Part shown: positions 7,288-15,052 of the stretch, piece after piece
How positions within the stretch are numbered: position 1 is the stretch's first letter
How the letters are laid out: every line of letters starts with the position of its first letter
Virus record (IMG/VR): IMGVR_UViG_3300046369_000448
Coordinates: 1 to 24,844 of that record
From: a virus
Taxonomy: Duplodnaviria; Caudoviricetes
Reading direction: 5' to 3' (one strand)
DNA: 24,844 bases
Translations under genes and position numbers: made by a program
The notes under the pieces: model-generated
What the model was told of the DNA's origin: nothing
Databases searched by the model: none
What the model saw: only the letters and a program-made list of their open reading frames with translations

Positions 7288-7517
7288 AGTGGTTTATTAT
7301 AGTTTTGTTCTATACTATACACGGTGACATTTATGTTTTTACCGATCCTACATTTGATACAAGAGAAGAATGTATAGCAGCAGTGAAAGATCCACAAAAT
7401 GTTCCTGCTTATAGTCAAAAACTTGTGTTAGAATATGGTAGACTTTTACCAATTCAGGCTATAAACTGTGTAGATGAAACAGTCGTTAACAAATTGATGA
7501 GTCAAGGGAGCGCATAA
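7284..7517 (+). CDS. Small hypothetical protein, hydrophobic N-terminus, two Cys
   Basis: ATGA coupling. Confidence 0.7.
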   Translation: MKWFIIVLFYTIHGDIYVFTDPTFDTREECIAAVKDPQNVPAYSQKLVLEYGRLLPIQAINCVDETVVNKLMSQGSA

Positions 7518-7708
7518 TGTGGGCATTGGTTTTTATATACTTCTATGATGCAACTCCTTACATCGAACCTGTTACAGTACATAAAAGCATGGTAGAATGT
7601 TTCTATGCACGTGAAGCACTTAGTGATGAAGTAGGCAAAGGCGGCGGCTATTTCAAAGCAGGACAGCAAGCACTTTGCATTAATCTTAGCGAAGACACTA
7701 GTACATAA
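7517..7708 (+). CDS. Small hypothetical protein, similar layout to 7284..7517
   Basis: TAATG coupling; W-hydrophobic N-terminus, EC and C-terminal C. Confidence 0.7.
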   Translation: MWALVFIYFYDATPYIEPVTVHKSMVECFYAREALSDEVGKGGGYFKAGQQALCINLSEDTST

Positions 7709-7734
7709 ATATTTCTATACACGAGGAACACAAC

Positions 7735-8244
7735 GTGAGTCAAGTATTATTACTCAACGCAGACGCACAGCCAGTATCATATCTACCATTATCCGCTATA
7801 CAGTGGAAAGAAGCCATTACATATCTTTGGCTCGACAAAGTTACAGTATTAGAATGGTACGATGATTGGGTTGTGAGTAGCACAAGTTGGGAAACTAGAG
7901 TGCCTGCGGTTATGATGCTAAAAAATATGCAGCGGCGACGGCAACGGCCTAGATTCTCTAAAGTAAACCTATACATCCGCGACTTATACACATGCCAATA
8001 CTGTAACACTCCCTACACAAAAAACAATCTAACACTTGATCACGTAACTCCTATATCCAAAGGCGGAAAAACTTCTTGGACAAACATTGTTGCAGCTTGT
8101 CAATCATGCAACACCATTAAAGGTAACAAAACGCATATGAAACCTAAGAAAGTCCCATATGCGCCTGATTACTACGAGCTTGTCAATAAGAGAAAACAAC
8201 TAGATTTTAATATTGCCCATCCTAGCTGGACAGGCTATATCTAA
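7735..8244 (+). CDS. HNH endonuclease (McrA-like)
   Basis: RD.YTCQYC...LTLDHVTP.SKGG..SWTNIVAACQSCN..KGN; GTG start with GAGG RBS. Confidence 0.9.
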   Translation: MSQVLLLNADAQPVSYLPLSAIQWKEAITYLWLDKVTVLEWYDDWVVSSTSWETRVPAVMMLKNMQRRRQRPRFSKVNLYIRDLYTCQYCNTPYTKNNLTLDHVTPISKGGKTSWTNIVAACQSCNTIKGNKTHMKPKKVPYAPDYYELVNKRKQLDFNIAHPSWTGYI

Positions 8245-8254
8245 CAGCGGGGCC

Positions 8255-8674
8255 TTACTTAAACCAGCCTACCTTTTCTCCAGCATCTAATCTACGTGTA
8301 TGCTCTTCAACTGTTCCTGGATACCTCCACGCCCATATTGCAACTAATGCCATAAAGCCTCCGCTCCATATTGCAGCATTGATATTATAGGTTGTGAACC
8401 ATAGGAATGCAAGTGAAGAACTCATTACAATCACCATTGCATATTTGCCTTTTGTTGGAAATACTCTCTTTTGTGTCCAGTTTGTAAGGAACGGGCCAAA
8501 GTATTTGTGATTGTATATCCAGTCGTGCATCTTTTTACTACTTTTTGCAAAACAATAAGCAGCAAACACTAAGAATATACTGAACGGTATTCCCGGAACA
8601 ATTACACCAACATATGCCATACCGAGACTCATAAAGCCTAAGCAGAGCCATATATACTTTTTAATTTTATTCAT
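8255..8674 (-). CDS. ybaN: YbaN/DUF454 family inner-membrane protein
   Basis: G..G...PGIP...[11 protein letters not shown]...HDWI.NHKYFGP.L.NW. Confidence 0.85.
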   Translation of the reverse strand: MNKIKKYIWLCLGFMSLGMAYVGVIVPGIPFSIFLVFAAYCFAKSSKKMHDWIYNHKYFGPFLTNWTQKRVFPTKGKYAMVIVMSSSLAFLWFTTYNINAAIWSGGFMALVAIWAWRYPGTVEEHTRRLDAGEKVGWFK

Positions 8675-9863
8675 AAATTACCTTTCGTAGTGCATCAACT
8701 AGCTGATGCATCATCGCATCTGTATGTAAAGGAGTAGGCGCAATGCGTAAACGTTCTTCTCCAACTGCAACCGTCGGATAGTTGATCGGTTGAATGTATA
8801 TACCAAACTCATTTAATAATGTGTCGCTCATAGTTTTGCATCGTTTGGCATCACGAACCATTACAGGCACGATGTGAGTGCAAGCAACATCAAGAACTTC
8901 TATGTCCACCTCGGATAACATTGCTTTTAGTTTATCTGCACGTTCTTGATGTTGCACTCTAAGGTCGTTATGATCCTTAAGATATTTAATAGAAGCAAGA
9001 GCACCTGCACAAAGTACAGGGCTCATGCTTGTAGTAAAGATGAATCCACTCGCAACAGATCTGATTGCATCAACTACGATGCTATCTGCGGAAATGTATC
9101 CTCCTTGTACTCCATAGGCCTTACCTAAGGTGCCGTTTACTATATCGACTCTATCTTGAATACCTAGCTTTTCAAGGTAGCCTGCTCCATGGTTCCCATA
9201 CAATCCTACCGCATGGACTTCATCGATATAGGTCATTGCGCCGTAGGCGTCTGCTAAATCACAGATCGAAGTTACCAGAGACACATCGCCATCCATGCTA
9301 TACACGGACTCAAAGACTATGCAAGGCGTAAGTCCTTTGGCGGAGACTTGACTCAGTTTCTCCTCTAGATCGCTCATGTCATTGTGCTGCCATATGATCT
9401 TGTCAGCACCACTGTGTCGGATACCCTGTATTAGGCTTGCATGATTATTTGAATCACTCAAAAACACAATGTTGGGAATGATTTTGCTTAGAGCTACTAG
9501 TGACCATTCATTGGCAACATAAGCTGAAGTAAAAAGGAGAGCAGCTCCTTTGCTATGCAGTCGGGCCAGCTCACTCTCTAATGCTACATGATAGTGACTT
9601 GTGCCGCCAATGTTTCTTGTTCCGCCTGAACCACTTCCTGTTTGATCCAGTGCAGTATGCATCGCATCTATCACTACCTTATGCTGACCCATACCTAGAT
9701 AGTCGTTACTACACCAGTTCACAATATTCTTTATATTGTAAGGACCGTACCAGATAGCTTCAGGAAAATCTCCACGCTCTCTTACTATATCATTAAACAC
9801 TCTGTACTTGCCAGATTGTTTTAATTCGTCTATTGTGTTTTCAAATGGTGTTAGATCTATCAT
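8667..9863 (-). CDS. hemA: 5-aminolevulinate synthase (Shemin/C4 pathway)
   Basis: [51 protein letters not shown] (PLP lysine), [12 protein letters not shown]; upstream minus-strand TAAATA (9888-9893). Confidence 0.95.
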   Translation of the reverse strand: MIDLTPFENTIDELKQSGKYRVFNDIVRERGDFPEAIWYGPYNIKNIVNWCSNDYLGMGQHKVVIDAMHTALDQTGSGSGGTRNIGGTSHYHVALESELARLHSKGAALLFTSAYVANEWSLVALSKIIPNIVFLSDSNNHASLIQGIRHSGADKIIWQHNDMSDLEEKLSQVSAKGLTPCIVFESVYSMDGDVSLVTSICDLADAYGAMTYIDEVHAVGLYGNHGAGYLEKLGIQDRVDIVNGTLGKAYGVQGGYISADSIVVDAIRSVASGFIFTTSMSPVLCAGALASIKYLKDHNDLRVQHQERADKLKAMLSEVDIEVLDVACTHIVPVMVRDAKRCKTMSDTLLNEFGIYIQPINYPTVAVGEERLRIAPTPLHTDAMMHQLVDALRKVIYE

Positions 9864-10006
9864 TATATACCGTTTTAATCAGTAAAATATTTATCAAAAG
9901 CTAGGTTAAGTATTCAGTTATTGGTTCTATACGCATTTTATTAAGTGTTCATATGGATTTAAATACTGAGCTATCTTTATGATAGTTAAAAGAAGGGAGG
10001 AATATC

Positions 10007-10240
10007 ATGGATATTCTAAACAAAGTAAAAGCGTGGGCAGGCGCACTAGCAGAAGTTGGTGTTAGTCTGGCAGCTTTAGTGATCATTATGGAAGTTCTAG
10101 GGTTAGGCAATATGCCGTTTATGCCTGAAGGACTATCAGTAGTTGAAAACGTATCAGCAATGATTGCGAGCTTAGGTTCGCAGGGCGTTATGGGCTTGAT
10201 CGCAGTATGGGTACTATGGGCCATTTGGAACCGTAAGTAA
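10007..10240 (+). CDS. Small two-TM membrane protein
   Basis: GGGAGG RBS, own terminator, two hydrophobic segments. Confidence 0.8.
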   Translation: MDILNKVKAWAGALAEVGVSLAALVIIMEVLGLGNMPFMPEGLSVVENVSAMIASLGSQGVMGLIAVWVLWAIWNRK

Positions 10241-10246
10241 GCATAT

Positions 10247-10278
10247 GGGGGAAGAAGTCTGATCAACTTCTTCCTTTA
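10247..10278 (+). terminator. Probable intrinsic terminator
   Basis: GGAAGAAGT-N7-ACTTCTTCC followed by TTT. Confidence 0.6.
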
Positions 10279-10311
10279 TCTACAACGATAAATATACTGT
10301 AGGAGAAAATA

Positions 10312-10539
10312 ATGAGAGCGCAAGATATTATAAGAGCTGTACTTGAACTTATAGATCAAGATGAACAAAAAGATACTGAACTTGAAGTTCAGTATCAAGA
10401 TGATGAACCAACAAGTAGATTTAAACAAATTGTGGCTATGCTAAGTAATCCTACCAGTCCAGAAGCAATGGAGCCTAACGGAAGTCTAAACGGTCCAAAG
10501 CATCCTGCAGATATTAGAGTAAAAGACCCAGGAGTATAA
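10312..10539 (+). CDS. Hypothetical late protein
   Basis: TAAATA 10289-10294, AGGAG RBS; ends GPKHPADIR. Confidence 0.75.
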   Translation: MRAQDIIRAVLELIDQDEQKDTELEVQYQDDEPTSRFKQIVAMLSNPTSPEAMEPNGSLNGPKHPADIRVKDPGV

Positions 10540-10540
10540 A

Positions 10541-10768
10541 ATGGCAGCTAACGGAATATCAACACTAGCAAACAAAAAACTTAGACAAGAAGCAAAACTT
10601 GCACAAGCTAACGCAGATAGAGCAGCTCGCAATGTAGTTGAGCCAGGACGTTATGCAGATGTCACAGCAGACATTAATCAACTACCTACCAAGTATGACA
10701 CAGACAACAGTCTAATAGACAATGCTAACACAGGCGGCCTCAAACAAGGCAGACCTTGGGCAACATAA
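10541..10768 (+). CDS. Phage hypothetical protein (MAANGISTL...LPTKY...GGL.QGRPW)
   Basis: GGAG RBS, in-operon. Confidence 0.75.
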   Translation: MAANGISTLANKKLRQEAKLAQANADRAARNVVEPGRYADVTADINQLPTKYDTDNSLIDNANTGGLKQGRPWAT

Positions 10769-10769
10769 T

Positions 10770-11627
10770 ATGCCTAATCTAAATCCAAACTCAACCAACT
10801 ACGTACACACTTCACAGCCAAACACCAACAGTTTGGAAATGGCAATGGACTACAACAGTGTAGGGCAACCTGTTATTAGAACTGTAGGTGGAGACATCTA
10901 CAACAGTATCAATCTACCAGCAGGCTTTGGACAGATACACAAGTTTGGTGCTGTTCCTGCTATGAGTCAAAACACCAACGGAACTATATGGGACGAAGAC
11001 GATACCATTTACCCATGGGCAATTATTGACTCAAACGGTGTGCTGACTGTGAGTGTGGTAGCACCCAACAACGAAGCCACAGCACGAACAACACACGATG
11101 GCGACACAGTAGAAATACAAGGGCTGGACAGCAACTACGATCTACAAACAGAAACAGTTACTATATCAGGATCAAGTGCTACAACTACCAACAGTTTCAA
11201 GCGAGTGTTTAGAGCACGGTATTCTTGCACTGATAACTTTGAACCAAACTCAGAGCGCATCTTAATCAAGTCAGGCACAACTATAGTAGCAAAAGTTCTA
11301 GAAGGTGTTGGCCAAACTATGATGAGCGTCTACACTATTCCAGCAGGCTTCACAGGCTACTTGATGCGTCTTGATGTTACAGCACAGGGCACCGCAACAG
11401 GCAGTTTCAAACTGTTTGCTCGTCCAGACGGTGTAGGCACGTTCCAAATAAAACACGTTGCAGAAGTAAACGGTGTGGGCGGACCATACCAATTGGAATA
11501 TCCTATTCCACAATCATTTACAGAGAAGACAGACATTGATGCACGTATGCACACGTTCTCAAACAACGGACGTTATACTTGTACATTTGATATCCTATTA
11601 GTAGATAATACAGCAGGCACTCCATAA
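10770..11627 (+). CDS. Putative virion structural, beta-rich protein
   Basis: Start moved to ATG 10770; T/G/S/N-rich; HKFG..TIW..YPW..GLD.NY..QTETV pattern; in a late operon. Confidence 0.65.
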   Translation: MPNLNPNSTNYVHTSQPNTNSLEMAMDYNSVGQPVIRTVGGDIYNSINLPAGFGQIHKFGAVPAMSQNTNGTIWDEDDTIYPWAIIDSNGVLTVSVVAPNNEATARTTHDGDTVEIQGLDSNYDLQTETVTISGSSATTTNSFKRVFRARYSCTDNFEPNSERILIKSGTTIVAKVLEGVGQTMMSVYTIPAGFTGYLMRLDVTAQGTATGSFKLFARPDGVGTFQIKHVAEVNGVGGPYQLEYPIPQSFTEKTDIDARMHTFSNNGRYTCTFDILLVDNTAGTP

Positions 11628-11663
11628 AAGATTAACCCCCACGCTATTTCTAACGCAGGGGCT
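11626..11663 (-). terminator. Hairpin terminator between convergent genes
   Basis: Minus strand CCCCTGCGTTA-GAAA-TAGCGTGGGGG followed by TTAATCTTTT. Confidence 0.6.
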
Positions 11664-11715
11664 GCTTGTTTATACTTTTTCTAAGGACTATGTCCCGATC
11701 TAATTATTGTTATTA

Positions 11716-12033
11716 TTATTTACTAGGCTTGCCGTTTACGAACTCGTAAAACTTTTCAGCTGCTTCTAATACAGCATCAGCACCTGGTACTTCAGGCATT
11801 GTTACTGTAGTTACTACTTCGTCACCGTCTTTAGTAACAGTAGTCTCGAACTGCCCTAATTTTGCGTGATAGTCGTTCCAAATATTGTTTTGTGCCATCT
11901 CTAGCACTTTGGTACGAATTTCATATCCATTCTTGTTTGTATTAACTTTTGGCATTGCCTGCTTGAACATGTCTGCAATCTCTTGCGTTTGCTTCAAGAT
12001 AGTTTCGCCGTATGTTGTTTCCACTTTTGACAT
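11716..12033 (-). CDS. Phage hypothetical protein (KNGYEIRTKVLEMA...AEKFYEFV)
   Basis: Own promoter, CA-rich leader, AAGGAG RBS, terminator. Confidence 0.8.
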   Translation of the reverse strand: MSKVETTYGETILKQTQEIADMFKQAMPKVNTNKNGYEIRTKVLEMAQNNIWNDYHAKLGQFETTVTKDGDEVVTTVTMPEVPGADAVLEAAEKFYEFVNGKPSK

Positions 12034-12061
12034 TATATTCTCCTTGTGTGTCTGTGTGTAG

Positions 12062-12097
12062 TGTTACAATTGTAACATGGTATTTAGTGTTTGTCAA
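12062..12097 (-). promoter_or_regulatory. Sigma70-type promoter with nested TAAATA and a 16-bp palindrome
   Basis: TTGACA (12092-12097), 17 nt, TACAAT (12069-12074); TAAATA 12081-12086; TGTTACAATTGTAACA 12062-12077. Confidence 0.7.
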
Positions 12098-12315
12098 CCG
12101 CCTGGGACAAAATCTTTTGGACGATACCACACTTTTTGATCGTGTAGCCGTCCTAGCAGTTCTTGTATCTCATGCATTTCGTCTTTCAACTTTTCAGATA
12201 CATCGCCTTGAGCAATGGCCATTCCTCTACGGCCGGCCTTTGCTCTTAATGCTTGTTCGATAACCTCAATGTCTCTTACTGATAATTCAAAGTTATTATT
12301 TGGTTTATTACTCAT
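12094..12315 (-). CDS. Hypothetical protein resembling small Rhodobacteraceae proteins (FELSVRDIEVIE.AL...ELLGRLHDQKVWYRP)
   Basis: Start moved to ATG 12315 (ATGA coupling); family resemblance from memory. Confidence 0.7.
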   Translation of the reverse strand: MSNKPNNNFELSVRDIEVIEQALRAKAGRRGMAIAQGDVSEKLKDEMHEIQELLGRLHDQKVWYRPKDFVPGG

Positions 12316-12392
12316 CGGTCTTCCATTAAACAGGCAAATGTTATCATACCAGCTATCCATCCGTATACAACGATAAAATAGAGTGCTGTCAT
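12312..12392 (-). CDS. 26-aa single-TM peptide (MTALYFIVVYGWIAGMITFACLMEDR)
   Basis: Hand-translated; ATGA overlaps at both ends. Confidence 0.6.
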   Translation of the reverse strand: MTALYFIVVYGWIAGMITFACLMEDR

Positions 12393-12586
12393 TGTTTTCT
12401 ATCCTTTAGAATACTTTCCATTGTGTCTGTTGCTGTGGTTGTGAAGAAGCGTGGAGCAAAAGCATGAACTACAAGTGCAGGCACTAATAGCTGAAGTTTT
12501 ACAGCTACTTTTAGTGCCTTAATCATATGTTCAGGTGCAGATTCTCCTACTGTTTCTAAATGTGCTTTACATTGATTACTAAACAT
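12389..12586 (-). CDS. DUF6356-like small membrane-associated protein
   Basis: HLETVGES..EHM..A...VHAFAP.FFTTTAT; AGGAG RBS. Confidence 0.7.
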   Translation of the reverse strand: MFSNQCKAHLETVGESAPEHMIKALKVAVKLQLLVPALVVHAFAPRFFTTTATDTMESILKDRKQ

Positions 12587-12595
12587 TATATTCTC

Positions 12596-12820
12596 CTATG
12601 GACATTTAAAGTTTTTACATCCGCTTACATTTTGAGGATCATATACACTTCCGTCATATTGTGACCCTGTTTTGTTTTTGCCTGTTTCTACGCCAAAGTT
12701 ACAACTTGCTACTGCAAGAAAAAAGGCTAATGATCCCCACACGGTAATTTTTGTCCAACGCATAAACCCTGCAAAGGAACGTTCAGCTTCTGCTTGTGCT
12801 TCTGGTCTTGGATCTGTCAT
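12596..12820 (-). CDS. aa3-type cytochrome c oxidase subunit IV (CtaH)-like protein with C-terminal extension
   Basis: EAERSFAGFMRWTK followed by one TM helix, like the CtaH pattern E.T..GF.R..K; ATG 12820 with GAGG RBS. Confidence 0.55.
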   Translation of the reverse strand: MTDPRPEAQAEAERSFAGFMRWTKITVWGSLAFFLAVASCNFGVETGKNKTGSQYDGSVYDPQNVSGCKNFKCP

Positions 12821-13221
12821 GTTCTGTTTCCTCGCAGAGCAAAATACATTCCGCCTACCCAAAGTAGTACATGAAGATTGTCATACCATAAGACGTCCCA
12901 GAAACTTTCAGGTTCGCCTGTCCATATAACACCTGTCATAATACTTGCAATAGTAATGCCACTAAAACGTGTGATGATATCACCAAACTCTTTTGTTCGT
13001 TTGATATAGTCTGCTAAACCGCCAATTAATAATCCTCCAGCGGCTCCAAGTTCTCCTATTACAACAAAGGACCACACCAGTAGGGTTAATTCTACTGGCG
13101 AGTCTTCAATGTTGATTGGCCACTTGTTCAAACCTTGCTGTAGGAATATAACAATTAATGGAATACGTAGTAGCCAATGAGTCATACAAAACTCAGGTAT
13201 TTTATTAACCAAACTTTTCAT
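12817..13221 (-). CDS. DoxX-family membrane protein
   Basis: LLR..L..IF.QQGL.KW...GEL..GGLL.GG pattern, about four TM segments. Confidence 0.7.
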   Translation of the reverse strand: MKSLVNKIPEFCMTHWLLRIPLIVIFLQQGLNKWPINIEDSPVELTLLVWSFVVIGELGAAGGLLIGGLADYIKRTKEFGDIITRFSGITIASIMTGVIWTGEPESFWDVLWYDNLHVLLWVGGMYFALRGNRT

Positions 13222-13508
13222 TCCAAATGATCCTCAGCACCATATGCTTCTTGCCAATACTCATGTGTTTGATATGCTGCCGTAACATAGCCTGCCGCAA
13301 ACGCAAATAGAACCAATGCTGTAATCTTAAGATTCTTTTTCAGTCCGCCTTTGCCTTTGCTGCGTTTGTATGCTCGCCACATCCACCAAAAGCCGCCAAT
13401 GGTAAGCACTGTGCTGAGTGCAATAATCCAAGGGTTGCTTGCTAGTTGTGCTCCTGTTGCACCAAATATAAGCAATAGAAGTCCGTTAATGTAACATGCT
13501 GGACACAT
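13218..13508 (-). CDS. Membrane protein with N-terminal MCPAC (CxxC)
   Basis: TAATG and ATGA coupling; 2-3 hydrophobic segments. Confidence 0.75.
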   Translation of the reverse strand: MCPACYINGLLLLIFGATGAQLASNPWIIALSTVLTIGGFWWMWRAYKRSKGKGGLKKNLKITALVLFAFAAGYVTAAYQTHEYWQEAYGAEDHLE

Positions 13509-13933
13509 TATAGATCAGCCAATAACTCTTTTAGTTTCTTCTTTGATTTGCCACGTACTTTTGCACCTTTAATTGCATCAACACCTTCTTGTGTCAACTC
13601 ACCTACAACAACAATAGCAATCATGCCCATGCTTTTGTGTGGAGTACACTGATACAAGTATACACCTGGTGTATCAAATGTGATTGTAACTTCTTTTGAC
13701 AGTTTTGATTTCTTAGGTGCGTCCCATCCATCTGGACCAGCAATGAATTCTACATTGTGACCTTTTGATGTTGGTAGCCATGTGATTGAATCTCCTACTT
13801 CGATAGTTGAGATATCTTCACTATAAACCATCTTAGCGCCGTCATCACGCTTGTTCAGCATGTCAACGGATATGTCAGCTGCAAATGCAGGTGCTGCTAA
13901 AAACAGAGCAGCGGCTGTGACTAGATTTCGCAT
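13508..13933 (-). CDS. Pseudoazurin (type-1 blue copper protein) with signal peptide
   Basis: Signal peptide ending AFA-A; GHNV and Y.CTPH..MGM copper ligands; start at ATG 13933 behind AAGGA RBS. Confidence 0.9.
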   Translation of the reverse strand: MRNLVTAAALFLAAPAFAADISVDMLNKRDDGAKMVYSEDISTIEVGDSITWLPTSKGHNVEFIAGPDGWDAPKKSKLSKEVTITFDTPGVYLYQCTPHKSMGMIAIVVVGELTQEGVDAIKGAKVRGKSKKKLKELLADL

Positions 13934-13968
13934 ATTGTTTTCCTTTGTCTGTAAATATGTGTGTAATA

Positions 13969-14005
13969 TATATAGCATGACTTAACCTGTTTGTCAAGTC
14001 ATGCT
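13969..14005 (-). promoter_or_regulatory. Sigma70-type promoter of the pseudoazurin operon with an operator-like inverted repeat
   Basis: TTGACA (13992-13997), 17 nt, TATATA (13969-13974) with extended TG; AGCATGACTT-N12-AAGTCATGCT. Confidence 0.65.
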
Positions 14006-14034
14006 GAGTGTGTAATATTGTAGCAGTTACAATA

Positions 14035-14169
14035 TTATGATGTTGGATACATGTTATGTTTGTATTCTGAAATACGCTGTGCTTCTTTAAACATACCTTT
14101 GCTACGCAATTCACGAATTGCCATGCAGTATGAACGATATTCCATTGCTTTCAAAAATCTCTTAAACAT
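14035..14169 (-). CDS. 44-aa protein (MFKRFLKAMEYRSYCMAIRELRSKGMFKEAQRISEYKHNMYPTS), paralog of 14162..14356
   Basis: Hand-translated; AGGAG RBS; shared A..EL...G..KEA motif. Confidence 0.75.
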   Translation of the reverse strand: MFKRFLKAMEYRSYCMAIRELRSKGMFKEAQRISEYKHNMYPTS

Positions 14170-14356
14170 CTTTATCTCCTAGCATCAATGCTTTGGCTTC
14201 TTTGTGAAAGCCTTGGCGTGATAGTTCAGCTGCTGCTCTTGCTCTGCCTGCTGATTCTCCAAATGCCCAAACACCCATTGCAAATGCAACTAGATATTTG
14301 CTAAGTGTTTTGATAAACTTTGGTGTTGATACGGGTGTTTCGCCTACTGCTTCCAT
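14162..14356 (-). CDS. Small protein (GRARAAAELSRQGFHKEAKALML), possibly DUF1127-related
   Basis: TAATG coupling to the DUF1127 gene; start at 14356. Confidence 0.75.
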   Translation of the reverse strand: MEAVGETPVSTPKFIKTLSKYLVAFAMGVWAFGESAGRARAAAELSRQGFHKEAKALMLGDKDV

Positions 14357-14616
14357 TATACCCAACCTCTCAAGTTACGGTTGATTTCTACAAGTTCACC
14401 GTATGCTGATTTTGGATATGACTGGTGTGCTATAAACTTGATATCGCCTCGTGAAAGACCAATGTCGTTTAGTTCATGGGTTGTAAGTCTTGAAAGCTCA
14501 TTGATAGTGTGTTTGATGTTTCTGCGTCTTTTGATTTCGGCACCTAGTCTTTTGAAAAAGTTAGCGATGCCGTGAAGTCCAACTGTTTCGAATGTGTTTG
14601 CTACTAAAGTAGTCAT
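14356..14616 (-). CDS. DUF1127 (YjiS-like) protein
   Basis: RRR...TINELSRLTTHELNDIGLSRGDI signature; ATG 14616 behind AAGGA RBS. Confidence 0.9.
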   Translation of the reverse strand: MTTLVANTFETVGLHGIANFFKRLGAEIKRRRNIKHTINELSRLTTHELNDIGLSRGDIKFIAHQSYPKSAYGELVEINRNLRGWV

Positions 14617-14786
14617 GTTATTTTCCTTTGTATATATGTGTGTGTGATTTCTAAGGTTCGTCACGTACCCCGGTCTCTTCCGGCGTCACCTTTGTATGGC
14701 ATAGGACATGCCCTTCATCATTTTTATAGAGCTGAAGACGCTCTAGTAGTTTGAAATAGGACAGTCTGACTGCCCTATCTCGCTTT
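14617..14786 (-). ncRNA. Structured ~170-nt 5' leader, candidate cis-regulatory RNA
   Basis: Follows TATAAATA (14787-14794); four hairpins at 14753-14781, 14727-14745, 14698-14712 and 14653-14692. Confidence 0.6.
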
Positions 14787-14875
14787 TATTTATAGTAATG
14801 TAACACTGTTATGCACGAAAATCAACCGTTTTAGTCAACATCTATGTGCATTGCCGTTATGCGTTAACCGCAACT

Positions 14876-15052
14876 CTACACTATGTTTCGACGATCGATA
14901 GGATCACCACGTAGCATACATTCCATTACGTATGCTCTATCATGTTCTTGAAACTCTGTCTTAACATAGTTTTCAAGATTTCTCATTCTCATGTCTCTTG
15001 GTAGTCTGACCGCAGTCATTACACTACCAAGCAAGTTTGCTATAGTTGTCAT
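14876..15052 (-). CDS. 58-aa hypothetical protein (LENYVKTEF)
   Basis: GGAGA RBS, ATG at 15052. Confidence 0.7.
   Translation of the reverse strand: MTTIANLLGSVMTAVRLPRDMRMRNLENYVKTEFQEHDRAYVMECMLRGDPIDRRNIV

Noticed and set aside
7735-8244. HNH gene as an intron- or intein-borne homing element
   Set aside because: It is free-standing, interrupts no gene, and resembles the stand-alone bacterial McrA-like family.
14716-14745. preQ1-I riboswitch (AGAG...CUCUAUAAAAA resemblance)
   Set aside because: The loop is too short and lacks the conserved ligand-binding residues, and the downstream gene is unrelated to queuosine. Kept only as an unnamed pseudoknot candidate.
14035-14786. Cuckoo/CcsR sRNAs that accompany DUF1127 genes in Rhodobacteraceae
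   Set aside because: No CCUCCUCCC loop motifs are present.
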